Below are positions 43,548 to 54,063 of a stretch of DNA of 64,000 nt, in pieces. The stretch comes from Bacteroidales bacterium (GTDB taxonomy: Bacteria; Bacteroidota; Bacteroidia; Bacteroidales; JAAUTT01): assembly GCA_038213375.1 (NCBI GenBank), contig JBBQTB010000011.1, forward strand, positions 54,340 to 118,339, read 5' to 3'. The notes under the pieces were generated by a model. It searched no databases, was not told the DNA's origin, and saw nothing but the letters and a program-made list of their open reading frames with translations. Each line of letters starts with the position of its first letter. The stretch's first letter is position 1. The position numbers and the translations under genes are program-made.

Positions 43548-44813
43548 TTAATTTGTCGCTAACCCGTCTTTTGCTTGCGAACTATTGGATTTGTTAGTCA
43601 TTCTATTACGAAGGTCTCGCATATCCTCACTGACTTTTTTCTCAATCACTTTTGCATATATCTGAGTTGTTTTAATACTGGTATGGCCCAGCATTTTCGA
43701 AACAGTTTCGATAGGTACACCATTGGTGAGAGTTACAGTTGTTGCAAAGGTATGACGTGCAATATGAAAGCTTAATGGTTTTTCAATTCCGCAGAAATCA
43801 GCAATTTCTTTTAGGTAATTATTAAGAATCTGATTGGCATACACTGGCAATAACCGCCCAGTCTCTAAAACTTTGGGATTGTTTTTATATTTTTCAATAA
43901 TAGCCATTGCCTGGGGAAGAAGCGGAACCAGAACCGGAATATCAGTTTTGTGACGACAAGTATTTATCCAATATTCACCATCAATTCCGAGCGACATATT
44001 TTGTGGAGTAAGCTCGTAAACATCAATATAGGCTAGACCTGTGTAACAACTAAAGACAAACATATCCTTGGCATGCTGTAAACGGAGACTTTTGAATTCT
44101 TTTTGTTCAATGGCTGCAAGCTCATCAGCACTCAGATACTGCCGGTTAGTTTTTAGAAATGACGGCTGAAATTTTTGAAATGGATCTCTGTCAAGCCATT
44201 CGTTTTTAATAGCCAGGTTAACAACTTTCCTGAGCCGCTCGATATGCTTCATTACAGTATTTTGTCCGCAGGGTTTTTTAGGTTGCAAAGGTTTGTACTC
44301 TTTCATAAATTTTTCATAGCCTATAATGAATTTATAACTAAGCTGTGAAAGATAAATATCCGAGGTATGAAGAGCTTCCTTCAGATAAAGCTGGAAGTAG
44401 GTCTTTGTAGTATAGTAATTTTTCATCGTTCCCCATTCGAGAACATTTTTCATTTGCTCATTGTGGTAATCGAACAAACTCATTAAGGAATGCTCTTTTT
44501 CTTCTATACCCTGAAACTTGTTTTTTATAGCAACCGCAGTTATTAGTTGCTTTTTCAATTGTAATTGTTGATAGCATTCTACCATTCGGCTCCGGATTTG
44601 CTCCAGGTATGTGTTCAGAGCTTTTATTTCTTCGCCTTTGCCTTTGGCCATTCCCTTTCCTTTGCTCCAGTTCTCAACATCGATATCTTTTTTGATGGAG
44701 ACTTCTACTCGCTGTCCATCAACAGTAATTCTGGCATAGATGGGAGCTTTACCATTTTTCTCTTTTTGTCTCTTGATGTAAAAAACAATTCCGAAAGTGT
44801 TTGTTGTTGTCAT
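43548..44813 (-). CDS. tyrosine site-specific integrase (Bacteroidota element type)
   Basis: N-terminal Arm/SAM-like region. Catalytic-domain landmarks FHIARHTFAT and LGHTSIKTTQIYAKV. Confidence 0.9.
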   Translation of the reverse strand: MTTTNTFGIVFYIKRQKEKNGKAPIYARITVDGQRVEVSIKKDIDVENWSKGKGMAKGKGEEIKALNTYLEQIRSRMVECYQQLQLKKQLITAVAIKNKFQGIEEKEHSLMSLFDYHNEQMKNVLEWGTMKNYYTTKTYFQLYLKEALHTSDIYLSQLSYKFIIGYEKFMKEYKPLQPKKPCGQNTVMKHIERLRKVVNLAIKNEWLDRDPFQKFQPSFLKTNRQYLSADELAAIEQKEFKSLRLQHAKDMFVFSCYTGLAYIDVYELTPQNMSLGIDGEYWINTCRHKTDIPVLVPLLPQAMAIIEKYKNNPKVLETGRLLPVYANQILNNYLKEIADFCGIEKPLSFHIARHTFATTVTLTNGVPIETVSKMLGHTSIKTTQIYAKVIEKKVSEDMRDLRNRMTNKSNSSQAKDGLATN

Positions 44814-44947
44814 AAAAAATACGATTTAGTTGTTATTAATTCATTTTAATAATCTGGTCATCTCACACTTGAAAAATGACCACTTAAAACCTATCAAAAA
44901 CACCTAAATAATATTATTCAAACAATTGTAAATAAATTACTTATGTG

Positions 44948-44993
44948 CTATTCGGTGACCCAAAAGTAAAATAAAATTTTGGTCACCGAATAG
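44948..44993. repeat. inverted repeat between integrase and tRNA
   Basis: CTATTCGGTGACCCAAAA ... TTTTGGTCACCGAATAG (17-bp arms, one extra C). Followed by a further GGTCAC. Confidence 0.6.
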
Positions 44994-45032
44994 GTCACAT
45001 TTTGGTTGAAAATAATTGTTTCGATTTCGTAT

Positions 45033-45076
45033 CAGAAAAAACAAAAAGCCCGTAAATCATAAGATTTGCGAGCTTT
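45033..45076 (-). terminator. rho-independent terminator of tRNA-Pro
   Basis: On the minus strand: AAAGCTCGCAAATC-TTAT-GATTTACGGGCTTT, followed by TTGTTTTTTC. Confidence 0.65.
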
Positions 45077-45100
45077 TGTTTTGGGTTTAAACCCATTTTG

Positions 45101-45173
45101 TCGGGGTAGCGGGACTCGAACCCACGGCCTCGTCGTCCCGAACGACGCGCGCTACCAACTGCGCCATACCCCG
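45101..45173 (-). tRNA. tRNA-Pro (anticodon CGG)
   Basis: 73-nt cloverleaf folded by hand: acceptor CGGGGTA/TACCCCG; D arm GCGC-AGTTGGTA-GCGC; anticodon arm CGTCG-TTCGGGA-CGACG; variable AGGCC; T arm GTGGG-TTCGAGT-CCCGC; discriminator A; no encoded CCA. Confidence 0.9.
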
Positions 45174-45242
45174 TAATTTAATTTAATGGTGTCGCCATTT
45201 ATAAAATTTATCGAATTCTGCTGTCTACTATTTTTTGATTTG

Positions 45243-46235
45243 TTAGATTTTCAATGTTGCCGTTTCGGCTTTCAAAAGCTCTTTGTCGATTGGAACTACA
45301 CCCACTTTTTCACACACTAAACCACCAGCCATATTTGAAATGGCGGCTGTCTCAAATGGATCAAGGCCCGAAGCCAGACATAGACTGGCAACACTAATTA
45401 CCGTATCTCCGGCTCCCGAGACATCGGCAATGTCCCGGATATGAGCTGGTATTACCCGGTATCCCTTTCCTGTACTAATAAACACACCTGCTTCGGAAAG
45501 GGTTATCATGATGAGAGAGATATTATTTTTATCGTGAAGGATTTTGGCGGCTTCGAAAAGGGTTTCAGGGTTTGCTTTATTGGTTTCAACCTTAAGTCCT
45601 TCATTCAGTTCCTTGAAATTGGGTTTGAAAAGAGTTGTATTGTTGTATTCGCAAAAATTTCGTTTTTTTGGATCTACCAAAGTCGGAATACCGCGTTTAC
45701 ATGCTTCATCAACAATTTGTTGAATTACTTTAGGTGTAATCGATCCTTTATCATAATCTTCAAAAATGATGGAATCTATTTTATTATCATTCAGTACTTT
45801 AAAAATATGACTGATGAATTTTATTTCCATTTCCTGTGATAGCGGGTGATCAATCTCTCTGTCGATTCTTAGCAATTGCTGGTGGTTGCTGATGATACGG
45901 GTTTTAACGGTCGTAACCCTTTTTTTATCCTCAATGATGCCCTCAGCAGTTATATTTTTATTTTTCAGTAACTCATACAGAGTTTTTGAACGTAAGTCAT
46001 TGCCTATTACCGAACAGAGAATTGGAGTCGCGCCTAATGATTGAATGTTAAGTGCAACGTTCCCTGCTCCACCCAATCGGTTTTCTTCACTTGTTCTGGT
46101 TACTACAGGCACTGGAGCTTCGGGTGAAATTCGCTCTACTTTTCCCCATAAATAAGAATCGATCATTACGTCACCGATGATCATCACTTTATAATTTGAG
46201 AATGAGTCGATAACTTTGGCAAAATCAGTTTTCAA
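45243..46235 (-). CDS. rfaE: PfkB-family sugar kinase, RfaE domain-I-like (D-glycero-beta-D-manno-heptose-7-phosphate kinase)
   Basis: MIIGDVMIDSYLWGKVERISPEAPVPVV and GAGDTV are typical of RfaE/HldE kinase domains. Confidence 0.75.
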   Translation of the reverse strand: MKTDFAKVIDSFSNYKVMIIGDVMIDSYLWGKVERISPEAPVPVVTRTSEENRLGGAGNVALNIQSLGATPILCSVIGNDLRSKTLYELLKNKNITAEGIIEDKKRVTTVKTRIISNHQQLLRIDREIDHPLSQEMEIKFISHIFKVLNDNKIDSIIFEDYDKGSITPKVIQQIVDEACKRGIPTLVDPKKRNFCEYNNTTLFKPNFKELNEGLKVETNKANPETLFEAAKILHDKNNISLIMITLSEAGVFISTGKGYRVIPAHIRDIADVSGAGDTVISVASLCLASGLDPFETAAISNMAGGLVCEKVGVVPIDKELLKAETATLKI

Positions 46236-46338
46236 GATGATAAATTTAAAATGATAGCAAATATATAATAAAAGCAGGAGGTATTATAAAGGACAATAGA
46301 ACTAAGAACCAAGAGGTACTATCTTTCTTTCATGAATG

Positions 46339-48822
46339 TTACATTGGATCGACATCGGTCTGAACAATTACCGGGTAATATATTTCGTGTGCAGAGAGTT
46401 GATTAATACTTGTGCGCACAATTTCCTTGGCTTTCGCAAACGATGCCTGTCGTTCAATCTTTAGCAGGATATTCTTATGATACCAGTTACTAATTCTGCT
46501 TATTAAAGGATATTCGGGACCAAACACCCTGTTTGCAAATGATATCCTCAAACTATCTGCCAAATAAGCGGATGCTTCATCTAACATGGATTGATTTTTA
46601 TGTTTTAGAGTTAGCTGAATCAGTCGCGTGAAGGGTGGATAGCCAAAAGTGCTTCGTTCAGCCAATTGGGTTTTATACATGTGCAGGAAGTCGTTATTGA
46701 TTACATCGTGAATGATGTAGTTTTTGGGATCGGTTGTTTGAATGATTACTTTCCCTTGTTTGTGTTTTCGTCCTGCGCGTCCACTAACCTGCGACATCAA
46801 CTGAAAGCTTCGTTCAAAAGCCCTGAAATCCGGGAAATTAAGCAATTGATCCGCATCAAGTACGCCCACGAGATTCACATTGTCAAAGTCTAGTCCTTTT
46901 GAAATCATTTGTGTTCCAACTAATATATCAAGTTCCCTGTTTTCGAAATCGCTAATCATTTCTTCGTATGCTTTTCGCGACCGGGTGGAGTCCAGATCCA
47001 TTCTGGCTATTCTTTTCCCCGGAAAGAACAGAGCAAGCTCGTCTTCAATCTTTTCAGTTCCAAAGCCATGCATAACAAGCGAAGAAGAACCACACGCTTC
47101 GCAAATAATTATTTTAGAGGTGCTGTAACCACAATAATGACAAACTAAAAGGCTAAGATTTTTATGGTATGTGAGACTTACATCACAATGTTTACATTTA
47201 GGTATGGTATTACAAACGGAACATTGAAAATAAGGCGAATATCCCCTGCGGTTCTGAAACAGAATGATTTGTTCTCCCAGATCAAGCACTTCTTGCATCT
47301 TTTCGATTAATACAGGATGAAAATGGGATTTCATCTGTTTTAGCTGCCGGGCTTCTTCAATATTGACGACCATTATTTCGGGCAATTCAACATTTGCAAA
47401 CCTCTGAAAAAGTTGAACTATTCCATATTTACCATTTTCGGCATTGTAATACGATTCGATAGAAGGTGTTGCAGTGCCAAGCAGTGTTTTAGCTCCATGT
47501 AGTTGAGCCAGCACAATTGCCGAATCCCGGGCATGATAACGCGGAGCCGGATCGAATTGTTTATAGCTATTTTCGTGTTCCTCGTCGGCAATGATTAACC
47601 CGAGATTAGTGAATGGCAGGAAGATAGACGACCTAACACCAAGTATCACCTGGTATTGACTCATCTTATTCTCATCGATTAAGGCGTTCCATACCTTAAC
47701 CCTGTCACTGTCGGAGAATTTTGAATGATATATGCCCACTTTTTCACCAAATGCACCTTTCAAACGGTTTATGATTTGCGCAGTTAAAGCTATTTCTGGT
47801 AATAAATAAAGTACCTGCTTCCCGGCAATTAATTGCTCGTTAATTAATTCGATGTAGAGTTCTGTTTTTCCGCTGGCAGTATATCCGTGCAATAAAACTA
47901 CCTGGTGTTTTTCGAACGAAGTTCTTACACCATCCAACGCTTCCTGCTGGCCTTGCGAAAGAGGCTTTAGTTTGTGATCATTCCCAGGTTGTGTATGGTC
48001 GTCGTGTTCTTTTTTCTCATACGTTTGAAACACACCTTTTTTTATCAGGCTTTTCAATAGCTCATTTCCGGATGGGAAATCGGAAAGGAGTGATTTTTTG
48101 GATACTTCTTTGGGTTTGGGGGTATAAATTTCTGAAAGTTGAATGAACTTCATTAAAATTTGAAGCTGTTTATGAGCTTTTCCAAGAATATCGAACACTT
48201 GTTTAAGCTCAGCCTCGTCGTATAAATGAGGCATTAACTCCACAAAGGTAGCTGTTTTAATTTTAAATCGGTCTTTGAGTGATTCTTCCAATATTAATGC
48301 GCCATCATCAACCAGCTTTTTAATCACTTTTAGCAAGTCCTTCTTTTTATAGGATTTAGCAATTTCTTCAACCGACAGAATATTGCGCTGCGAAAGTAAA
48401 TTCAGGATTAGTTCCTCCGATTCCGAAATTTGTTGTTGAGCTTCAAATTCAGTATTAATATAGACTTTCGTTTCGCTTTCGAGTTTTAAGCCCGATGGCA
48501 ATGCGGCTTTCATCACATCTCCCAATGTGCACATGTAATAAGATGCTATCCAATCCCAAAATTTTAGCTGAATGGCATTAACCGCCGGTTTATCGTCGAG
48601 TAGTGAAATGATTTCTTTTACCTTATAACCTTCCGGCTGAGTAAAATGGATATGGTGCACAATGGCCGAATAGAACCGTTTTGCCCCAAACTGAACGATT
48701 ACTCGTTTGCCGGGAGCAATTTCCGACTGCAATTCGTCGGGAACCAGGTAAGTAAAAAGCCTGAGAATCGGAACCGGAAGAATTACATTGGCAAATACAG
48801 GATGATGGGAAGTTTCGTTCAT
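46339..48822 (-). CDS. priA: primosomal protein N' (replication restart helicase)
   Basis: GYTASGKTELY (Walker A), ADEEHENSYKQ (DEEH) and the Cys-rich zinc region CSVCNTIPKCKHCDVSLTYH...CHYCG. I prefer the start at MNETSHH (48822). Confidence 0.9.
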   Translation of the reverse strand: MNETSHHPVFANVILPVPILRLFTYLVPDELQSEIAPGKRVIVQFGAKRFYSAIVHHIHFTQPEGYKVKEIISLLDDKPAVNAIQLKFWDWIASYYMCTLGDVMKAALPSGLKLESETKVYINTEFEAQQQISESEELILNLLSQRNILSVEEIAKSYKKKDLLKVIKKLVDDGALILEESLKDRFKIKTATFVELMPHLYDEAELKQVFDILGKAHKQLQILMKFIQLSEIYTPKPKEVSKKSLLSDFPSGNELLKSLIKKGVFQTYEKKEHDDHTQPGNDHKLKPLSQGQQEALDGVRTSFEKHQVVLLHGYTASGKTELYIELINEQLIAGKQVLYLLPEIALTAQIINRLKGAFGEKVGIYHSKFSDSDRVKVWNALIDENKMSQYQVILGVRSSIFLPFTNLGLIIADEEHENSYKQFDPAPRYHARDSAIVLAQLHGAKTLLGTATPSIESYYNAENGKYGIVQLFQRFANVELPEIMVVNIEEARQLKQMKSHFHPVLIEKMQEVLDLGEQIILFQNRRGYSPYFQCSVCNTIPKCKHCDVSLTYHKNLSLLVCHYCGYSTSKIIICEACGSSSLVMHGFGTEKIEDELALFFPGKRIARMDLDSTRSRKAYEEMISDFENRELDILVGTQMISKGLDFDNVNLVGVLDADQLLNFPDFRAFERSFQLMSQVSGRAGRKHKQGKVIIQTTDPKNYIIHDVINNDFLHMYKTQLAERSTFGYPPFTRLIQLTLKHKNQSMLDEASAYLADSLRISFANRVFGPEYPLISRISNWYHKNILLKIERQASFAKAKEIVRTSINQLSAHEIYYPVIVQTDVDPM

Positions 48823-48910
48823 AAAAAATGCATGAATTTTCAATGCGAACGCTGCATGAACTAGTTTTTCAGACAATCGAATATGCAAACATATCCATTA
48901 TTAGATACTC

Positions 48911-49888
48911 CTAAATTGCCAGAATATGTGCTACATCCAGCAAGCTCTTAGGAACTCCTTTGTGCATTTTAACTGTTTTGTTCAGTGGTACATGCACAAT
49001 CTGGCCATTACTTAACCCAACCATAATGCTTTTTTGGTCGTCGAGCAATGCTTCCACTGCCGCAACACCCATGCGGCTTGCAGAAACTCGGTCGTAGCTT
49101 GATGGCGAGCCACCGCGCTGAATGTGTCCTAAAATGGTTACGCGTATGTCGAATTGAGGGAATTCAGATTCTACTTTTTTTGCAATTTCGTATGCATTAC
49201 CTTCATCGTCGCCTTCAGCGCATATGATAATGCTTGATTTGTTGGATTTTGCACGTTGCGAAAGAAATTCGCGTAATTCAACCATCTGATTTTTTACTTC
49301 AGGAATCATAATAACTTCTGCACCAGTGGCAATACCGCTTTCGAGGGCCACAAACCCAGCATCACGACCCATTACCTCAATAAAAAAAATACGATTATGG
49401 GAACTGGCAGTATCCCGTATCTTATCAACAGCTTCAATTACTGTATTTAAACAAGTGTCGTAACCTATGGTATAATCCGTTCCATACAAATCGTTATCAA
49501 TAGTTCCCGGAATACCAATTATCGGAATATTATATTCCTGTGAGAGAATACTGGCTCCCGTAAACGATCCGTCACCGCCAATTACCACAAGTGCGTCTAT
49601 GCCAAATTTTTCAAGGTTTTCATAGGCTTGCTTTCTACCTTCAGGAGTGCGAAAACGAGCAGAACGTGCCGTTTTAAGCATGGTACCACCTTTTTGGATG
49701 ATTCCGCTCACATCCTTTGATTCAAGTTTTTCTATATCTCCATCAATCATTCCTTCATATCCCCTGCGGATACCAAACACCTCAATATTATTGAAAATTG
49801 CAGCACGGGTTACGGCTCGAATTGCAGCGTTCATTCCCGGAGCATCGCCGCCGGAAGTTAATACACCCAGTTTCTTAATTTTTGCCAT
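48911..49888 (-). CDS. pfkA: ATP-dependent 6-phosphofructokinase
   Basis: KKLGVLTSGGDAPGMNAAIRAV, GIPGTIDND and MGR motifs. Confidence 0.9.
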   Translation of the reverse strand: MAKIKKLGVLTSGGDAPGMNAAIRAVTRAAIFNNIEVFGIRRGYEGMIDGDIEKLESKDVSGIIQKGGTMLKTARSARFRTPEGRKQAYENLEKFGIDALVVIGGDGSFTGASILSQEYNIPIIGIPGTIDNDLYGTDYTIGYDTCLNTVIEAVDKIRDTASSHNRIFFIEVMGRDAGFVALESGIATGAEVIMIPEVKNQMVELREFLSQRAKSNKSSIIICAEGDDEGNAYEIAKKVESEFPQFDIRVTILGHIQRGGSPSSYDRVSASRMGVAAVEALLDDQKSIMVGLSNGQIVHVPLNKTVKMHKGVPKSLLDVAHILAI

Positions 49889-49953
49889 ACAAACAAATTA
49901 TAAATTAAACGTTACTCTATAAATACTAACTATATGTTTCTCTAAAAATTACT

Positions 49954-50832
49954 TTAAAAATTTATATCTTTTATTTTTTGCAAAACATTTTTCATTAACC
50001 ATTGCGGGGTTGAGGTTGCTCCGCATATACCAACGGAATTGACGTTATTGAACCAATCGGAGTTCAGTTCTTCAGGTTTGGATATCAGGTAGGTATTTGA
50101 GTTATTTTTCCTGCAAATTTCCAAAAGAACTTTTCCGTTTGAACTATTGATGCCGCTAACAAAAATTACCACTTCGTAATTTTTGGAAAATTTTGCCAAA
50201 TGCTCCCCGCGTTTTGACACATAACCGCAAATAGAATTTATGACTTTTAGCGGCATATTGTCTACCGGAAAATAAGTCGTCATCTTCTGTCGAATTGCAT
50301 TGGCAATGTCCTCATAACCCGCTGGAGGTTGAGTGGTTTGTGCAAAAAGTGCAACGGGTTTCGAAAAATCAATTTGTTCCAAGTCACTGATGTTGTCAAC
50401 AACAATCGCATGTCCTTCAGTTTGTCCAACAAGACCTTTAACTTCGGCATGTCCCTCTTTTCCGTATATAATTACCTGACCTTGTTTTTCTTTGATCTCT
50501 TCCCAAACCGTATGTACTTTTTTCTGTAATTGAAGAACTATAGGACAGGTGCCGTCGGTAAGAAAATTGGTGTTATTTTCTATTGTCTGATAAGTGGCAG
50601 GTGGCTCGCCATGGGCGCGAATCAGAATTTTTGCATTATGAATATCCTGCAACTCCTCGTGATTGATAATTAAAAGTCCTTTGGATTTCAACCTCTCAAC
50701 TTCTTCTTCGTTATGCACAATATCTCCCAGACAATACACCGCCAACCCCTTGGCCAGCGCATCTTCGGCCAGTTTAATTGTTTTAACTACACCATAACAG
50801 AATCCAGATTTGTTGTCTATTTCAACCAGCAT
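49954..50832 (-). CDS. ispH: 4-hydroxy-3-methylbut-2-enyl diphosphate reductase
   Basis: GFCYGVVKTI near the N-terminus, HGEPP, and the conserved Cys positions of LytB/IspH. I prefer the start MLVEIDN. Confidence 0.85.
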   Translation of the reverse strand: MLVEIDNKSGFCYGVVKTIKLAEDALAKGLAVYCLGDIVHNEEEVERLKSKGLLIINHEELQDIHNAKILIRAHGEPPATYQTIENNTNFLTDGTCPIVLQLQKKVHTVWEEIKEKQGQVIIYGKEGHAEVKGLVGQTEGHAIVVDNISDLEQIDFSKPVALFAQTTQPPAGYEDIANAIRQKMTTYFPVDNMPLKVINSICGYVSKRGEHLAKFSKNYEVVIFVSGINSSNGKVLLEICRKNNSNTYLISKPEELNSDWFNNVNSVGICGATSTPQWLMKNVLQKIKDINF

Positions 50833-50868
50833 CGCACAAAGATATAAAAACTGTGTTTTCAAACAGTA

Positions 50869-51561
50869 TTATTGAAATTTTTCAAGTAAATTTTTAAACC
50901 ATTCCATTTGTTGGAGGGGGGTAAGGTTTGAATTATCTAATATTATAGCATCTTCAGCCATTTTTAATGGGCTTTCTAAGCGGTTCTCATCTATAAAATC
51001 CCGTTGAGCTAAATTGTCACGTACTTCGGATAACAAAACGGGAGTGCCTTTTTCCAGTAATTCAGTATATCTGCGTTGAGCTCTCACTTCAAGGTTGGCG
51101 GTCATAAAAAGTTTTAGTTCGGCGTTTGGAAATACTACGGTACCTATATCACGACCATCCATCACTATTTTCTTGCCTTCGCCCATTTTTTGCTGCAAAG
51201 CAACAAGCCTCGACCTAACTGATTTTATCTTACTTATTTCACTTACGTTTTCAGATACCAGCATAGTTCGAATTGTATTTTCTACATTTTCGCCATTCAG
51301 ATAAGTTTCATAAGCAGAATTATTGGTTTTTTTAAAATCAATGTTGATGTTCTGAAGGTATTTTTCCAACTCAATATCGTTAGCTTTTCCATTCATCAGA
51401 AATTCGAGGCGCATGGCGAATAAGGTAAAAGCGCGGTACATAGCACCGCTATCGATATAAAGATAGTTTAATTCACCGGCAATGTTTTTTGCAAAACTGC
51501 TTTTTCCACACGATGAATGCCCATCAATGGCAATTACAATTGGAGTTTTTAAATTAATCAT
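50869..51561 (-). CDS. cmk: cytidylate kinase
   Basis: IAIDGHSSCGKSS P-loop and a typical Cmk layout (DSGAMYR, GRDIGTVVFP). Confidence 0.85.
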   Translation of the reverse strand: MINLKTPIVIAIDGHSSCGKSSFAKNIAGELNYLYIDSGAMYRAFTLFAMRLEFLMNGKANDIELEKYLQNINIDFKKTNNSAYETYLNGENVENTIRTMLVSENVSEISKIKSVRSRLVALQQKMGEGKKIVMDGRDIGTVVFPNAELKLFMTANLEVRAQRRYTELLEKGTPVLLSEVRDNLAQRDFIDENRLESPLKMAEDAIILDNSNLTPLQQMEWFKNLLEKFQ

Positions 51562-51711
51562 GATAAAAATTCAAAATAACGGGCAAAGTTACAATAATCA
51601 TACAAAGGGAGAAGAAAAACAACGAAGCGGTACACGATTTTCTCTTATTATCTAAATTTAAATAGTACATTTAGTAATCTTAATTTGTTAATTGTAGCAT
51701 TAACAATAGCG

Positions 51712-54063
51712 ATGGTAGATAAATTCAAACTATTAGAGGCGCAGTTGCAGCTTTTGCAAACAGAGGTGGGTGAACTTCGGAAGGAAAACCAACTTCTCCG
51801 GGAAGCAATAAAATTTGACAATCTGAAAGAAAAAGAATATAACTTTCGATTGCTGGCTGAAAACTCAACGGACCTTATTTCAAGACATTCCTACGACGGC
51901 ACAATATTATACGCCACACCATCATTTGAATCAGTTCTTGGTTACAAACCTGAAGAGCTTATCGGAACTAATCCTTATGATTATTTTCATCCGGACGATG
52001 TGCAATACGTGAAAAATTCACATGCCATCATTGTCAAAAAGCCTGTTGAAGATATTTTAGAGTATAGGATGAGACACAAAAAAGGCCATTATGTATGGGT
52101 AGAAACCATCATTAAGAGTTTATTCGACAAAAAGGGACACATTATTGAGATCCATTCAACTTCCCGCGATATTACATTAAGGAAAAGAGCGCAGATTGAT
52201 TTAGATGAATCACAGCGAATGTTAGAAGCTGTTATTGATTGTATTCCGGTGCGGGTATTCTGGAAGGACAGAAATTCCATTCTATTAGGGGGCAATGCTT
52301 TATTTGTTAGTGATACTAACGTACATTCTACCAAGGAAGTTATGGGTATAAGCGCAATTGATGTCGGTTTTGACCCAGCTGAAGCCGAAACTTACCGGTT
52401 GGATGATTTAATGGTAATGACAACGGGAATACCCAAAATAAATTACGAAGAGCTTCAGACCAATCACAAAGGCCTACGCTGGATGAATGTCAGCAAAGTG
52501 CCCCTCAAAAACAGTAATGGCGAAATTATAGGCATACTTGGTGCTTATGATGATATCACCGAACGAAAAGAAACTGAACAGGCTCTTTTTGAAAGTGAAC
52601 AACGTATCAAAGCAATCATCCACAATGCTCAATTGGTTTTATTTATTATTAATAAAGAAGGTGTTTTTACTTTCTCGGATGGTAAAGGACTTGAAAAACT
52701 TGGGTTGCAGCCCGGTGAGGCTATTGGCCAGTCTTTCAGAGACATTTATAAGGATTATCCAAACATTATCCGAAATGTGGACTTGGCCCTTTCAGGAGTA
52801 TCTGCGCAACAAACCATTTACATGGGCGATACAGTGTTTGATACTCAATTTACTCCATTGTTTGACGGCATTGGAAATATCGAAAGTATAATTGGCGTTT
52901 CTACCGATATTTCGGAACGGGTAAAGGCAGATCGTGCACTTATCGAGAGTGAAGAAAAATTCAGGTTGTTGGCCGAGAATTTGCCAGGAGTGATTTACAT
53001 GTGTAAAAACGATAGAAATTGGACAACTATTTATTTGAACGAATCAATATATAAGTTGGTTGGCTATTCCAAAGAGCAGTTTTATAATGAAGAAATAAGT
53101 TTTGCCATTTTATATCATCCTGATGATAAAGAAAAGGTTTATGCAAATGTGAAAGAGGCCTTGTCGAATAATTTGCCATTTCATTTGACCTATCGCTTAA
53201 AACATGCCTCCGGTAATTATATTTGGATTGAAGAGGTTGGCGATGCTATCCGCAAGAATGGCAAGATTCAGTATTTGGAAGGATATTTGAGCGACATTAC
53301 TAATCTCAAAAATACCGAAGAGCAACTAAAAAATATAAATGTCGATCTGGAAAAAAAGGTGATCGAAAGAACTGTTAAGTTTGAATTGATAAATAAGGAA
53401 TTGTCGGAATTTGCTTATGTAGTATCGCACGATCTTAAGGCTCCTCTGCGGGGAATAAGTCAGCTTGCGGAATGGTTGATTATAGATTATGCCGAAGCAC
53501 TAGGCAAGGAAGGCTTCGCAATGATTGAGCTTATGAAAGGCAGGGTAAACCGGCTCGAAAACCTCATTAATGCTATTTTGCAATATTCCCGGATTGGAAG
53601 ACAGGCTGTAAAGGATGAAATTGTAGACATAAATAAAGTGGTAAAAGAAACTATTGACTTGCTTTCACCTCCAATGAATATTTCCATTGAGGTTGTTACC
53701 CAATTACCCGAAATGATGATCAATAAAATCCGGATTGGCCAGGTTTTTCAAAACCTTATTGGTAATGCCATAAAATTTATGGATAAGGGCATTGGATATA
53801 TACAAATCGGACATGAAGAGAATGGTGAGGAATTATTGTTTTATGTAAATGATAATGGATCGGGAATTGACAAAAAGTACTTCGATAAAATTTTTCAGAT
53901 ATTTCAAACACTATCCTCAAGAGATGAGAAAGAAAGTACAGGAGTGGGTCTTGCTTTGGTGAAAAAAATTGTTGAACTTTATGGAGGCACTATTTGGATT
54001 GAATCAGAGAAAGGTAAAGGAAGTACGTTTAAATTTAAACTCCCTAAAACAAAGAATACATGA
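51712..54063 (+). CDS. multi-PAS sensor histidine kinase
   Basis: Several PAS-like blocks, HisKA box VVSHDLKAPLRGI, and HATPase boxes NLIGNAIKF, DNGSGI and GVGLALVKK. Confidence 0.85.
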   Translation: MVDKFKLLEAQLQLLQTEVGELRKENQLLREAIKFDNLKEKEYNFRLLAENSTDLISRHSYDGTILYATPSFESVLGYKPEELIGTNPYDYFHPDDVQYVKNSHAIIVKKPVEDILEYRMRHKKGHYVWVETIIKSLFDKKGHIIEIHSTSRDITLRKRAQIDLDESQRMLEAVIDCIPVRVFWKDRNSILLGGNALFVSDTNVHSTKEVMGISAIDVGFDPAEAETYRLDDLMVMTTGIPKINYEELQTNHKGLRWMNVSKVPLKNSNGEIIGILGAYDDITERKETEQALFESEQRIKAIIHNAQLVLFIINKEGVFTFSDGKGLEKLGLQPGEAIGQSFRDIYKDYPNIIRNVDLALSGVSAQQTIYMGDTVFDTQFTPLFDGIGNIESIIGVSTDISERVKADRALIESEEKFRLLAENLPGVIYMCKNDRNWTTIYLNESIYKLVGYSKEQFYNEEISFAILYHPDDKEKVYANVKEALSNNLPFHLTYRLKHASGNYIWIEEVGDAIRKNGKIQYLEGYLSDITNLKNTEEQLKNINVDLEKKVIERTVKFELINKELSEFAYVVSHDLKAPLRGISQLAEWLIIDYAEALGKEGFAMIELMKGRVNRLENLINAILQYSRIGRQAVKDEIVDINKVVKETIDLLSPPMNISIEVVTQLPEMMINKIRIGQVFQNLIGNAIKFMDKGIGYIQIGHEENGEELLFYVNDNGSGIDKKYFDKIFQIFQTLSSRDEKESTGVGLALVKKIVELYGGTIWIESEKGKGSTFKFKLPKTKNT

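Noticed and set aside
45081-45092. GGGTTTAAACCC palindrome next to the tRNA as an integration core
   Set aside because: It is short and occurs once, and there is no matching copy at a putative distal end. It is probably incidental, or part of the tRNA 3' flank.
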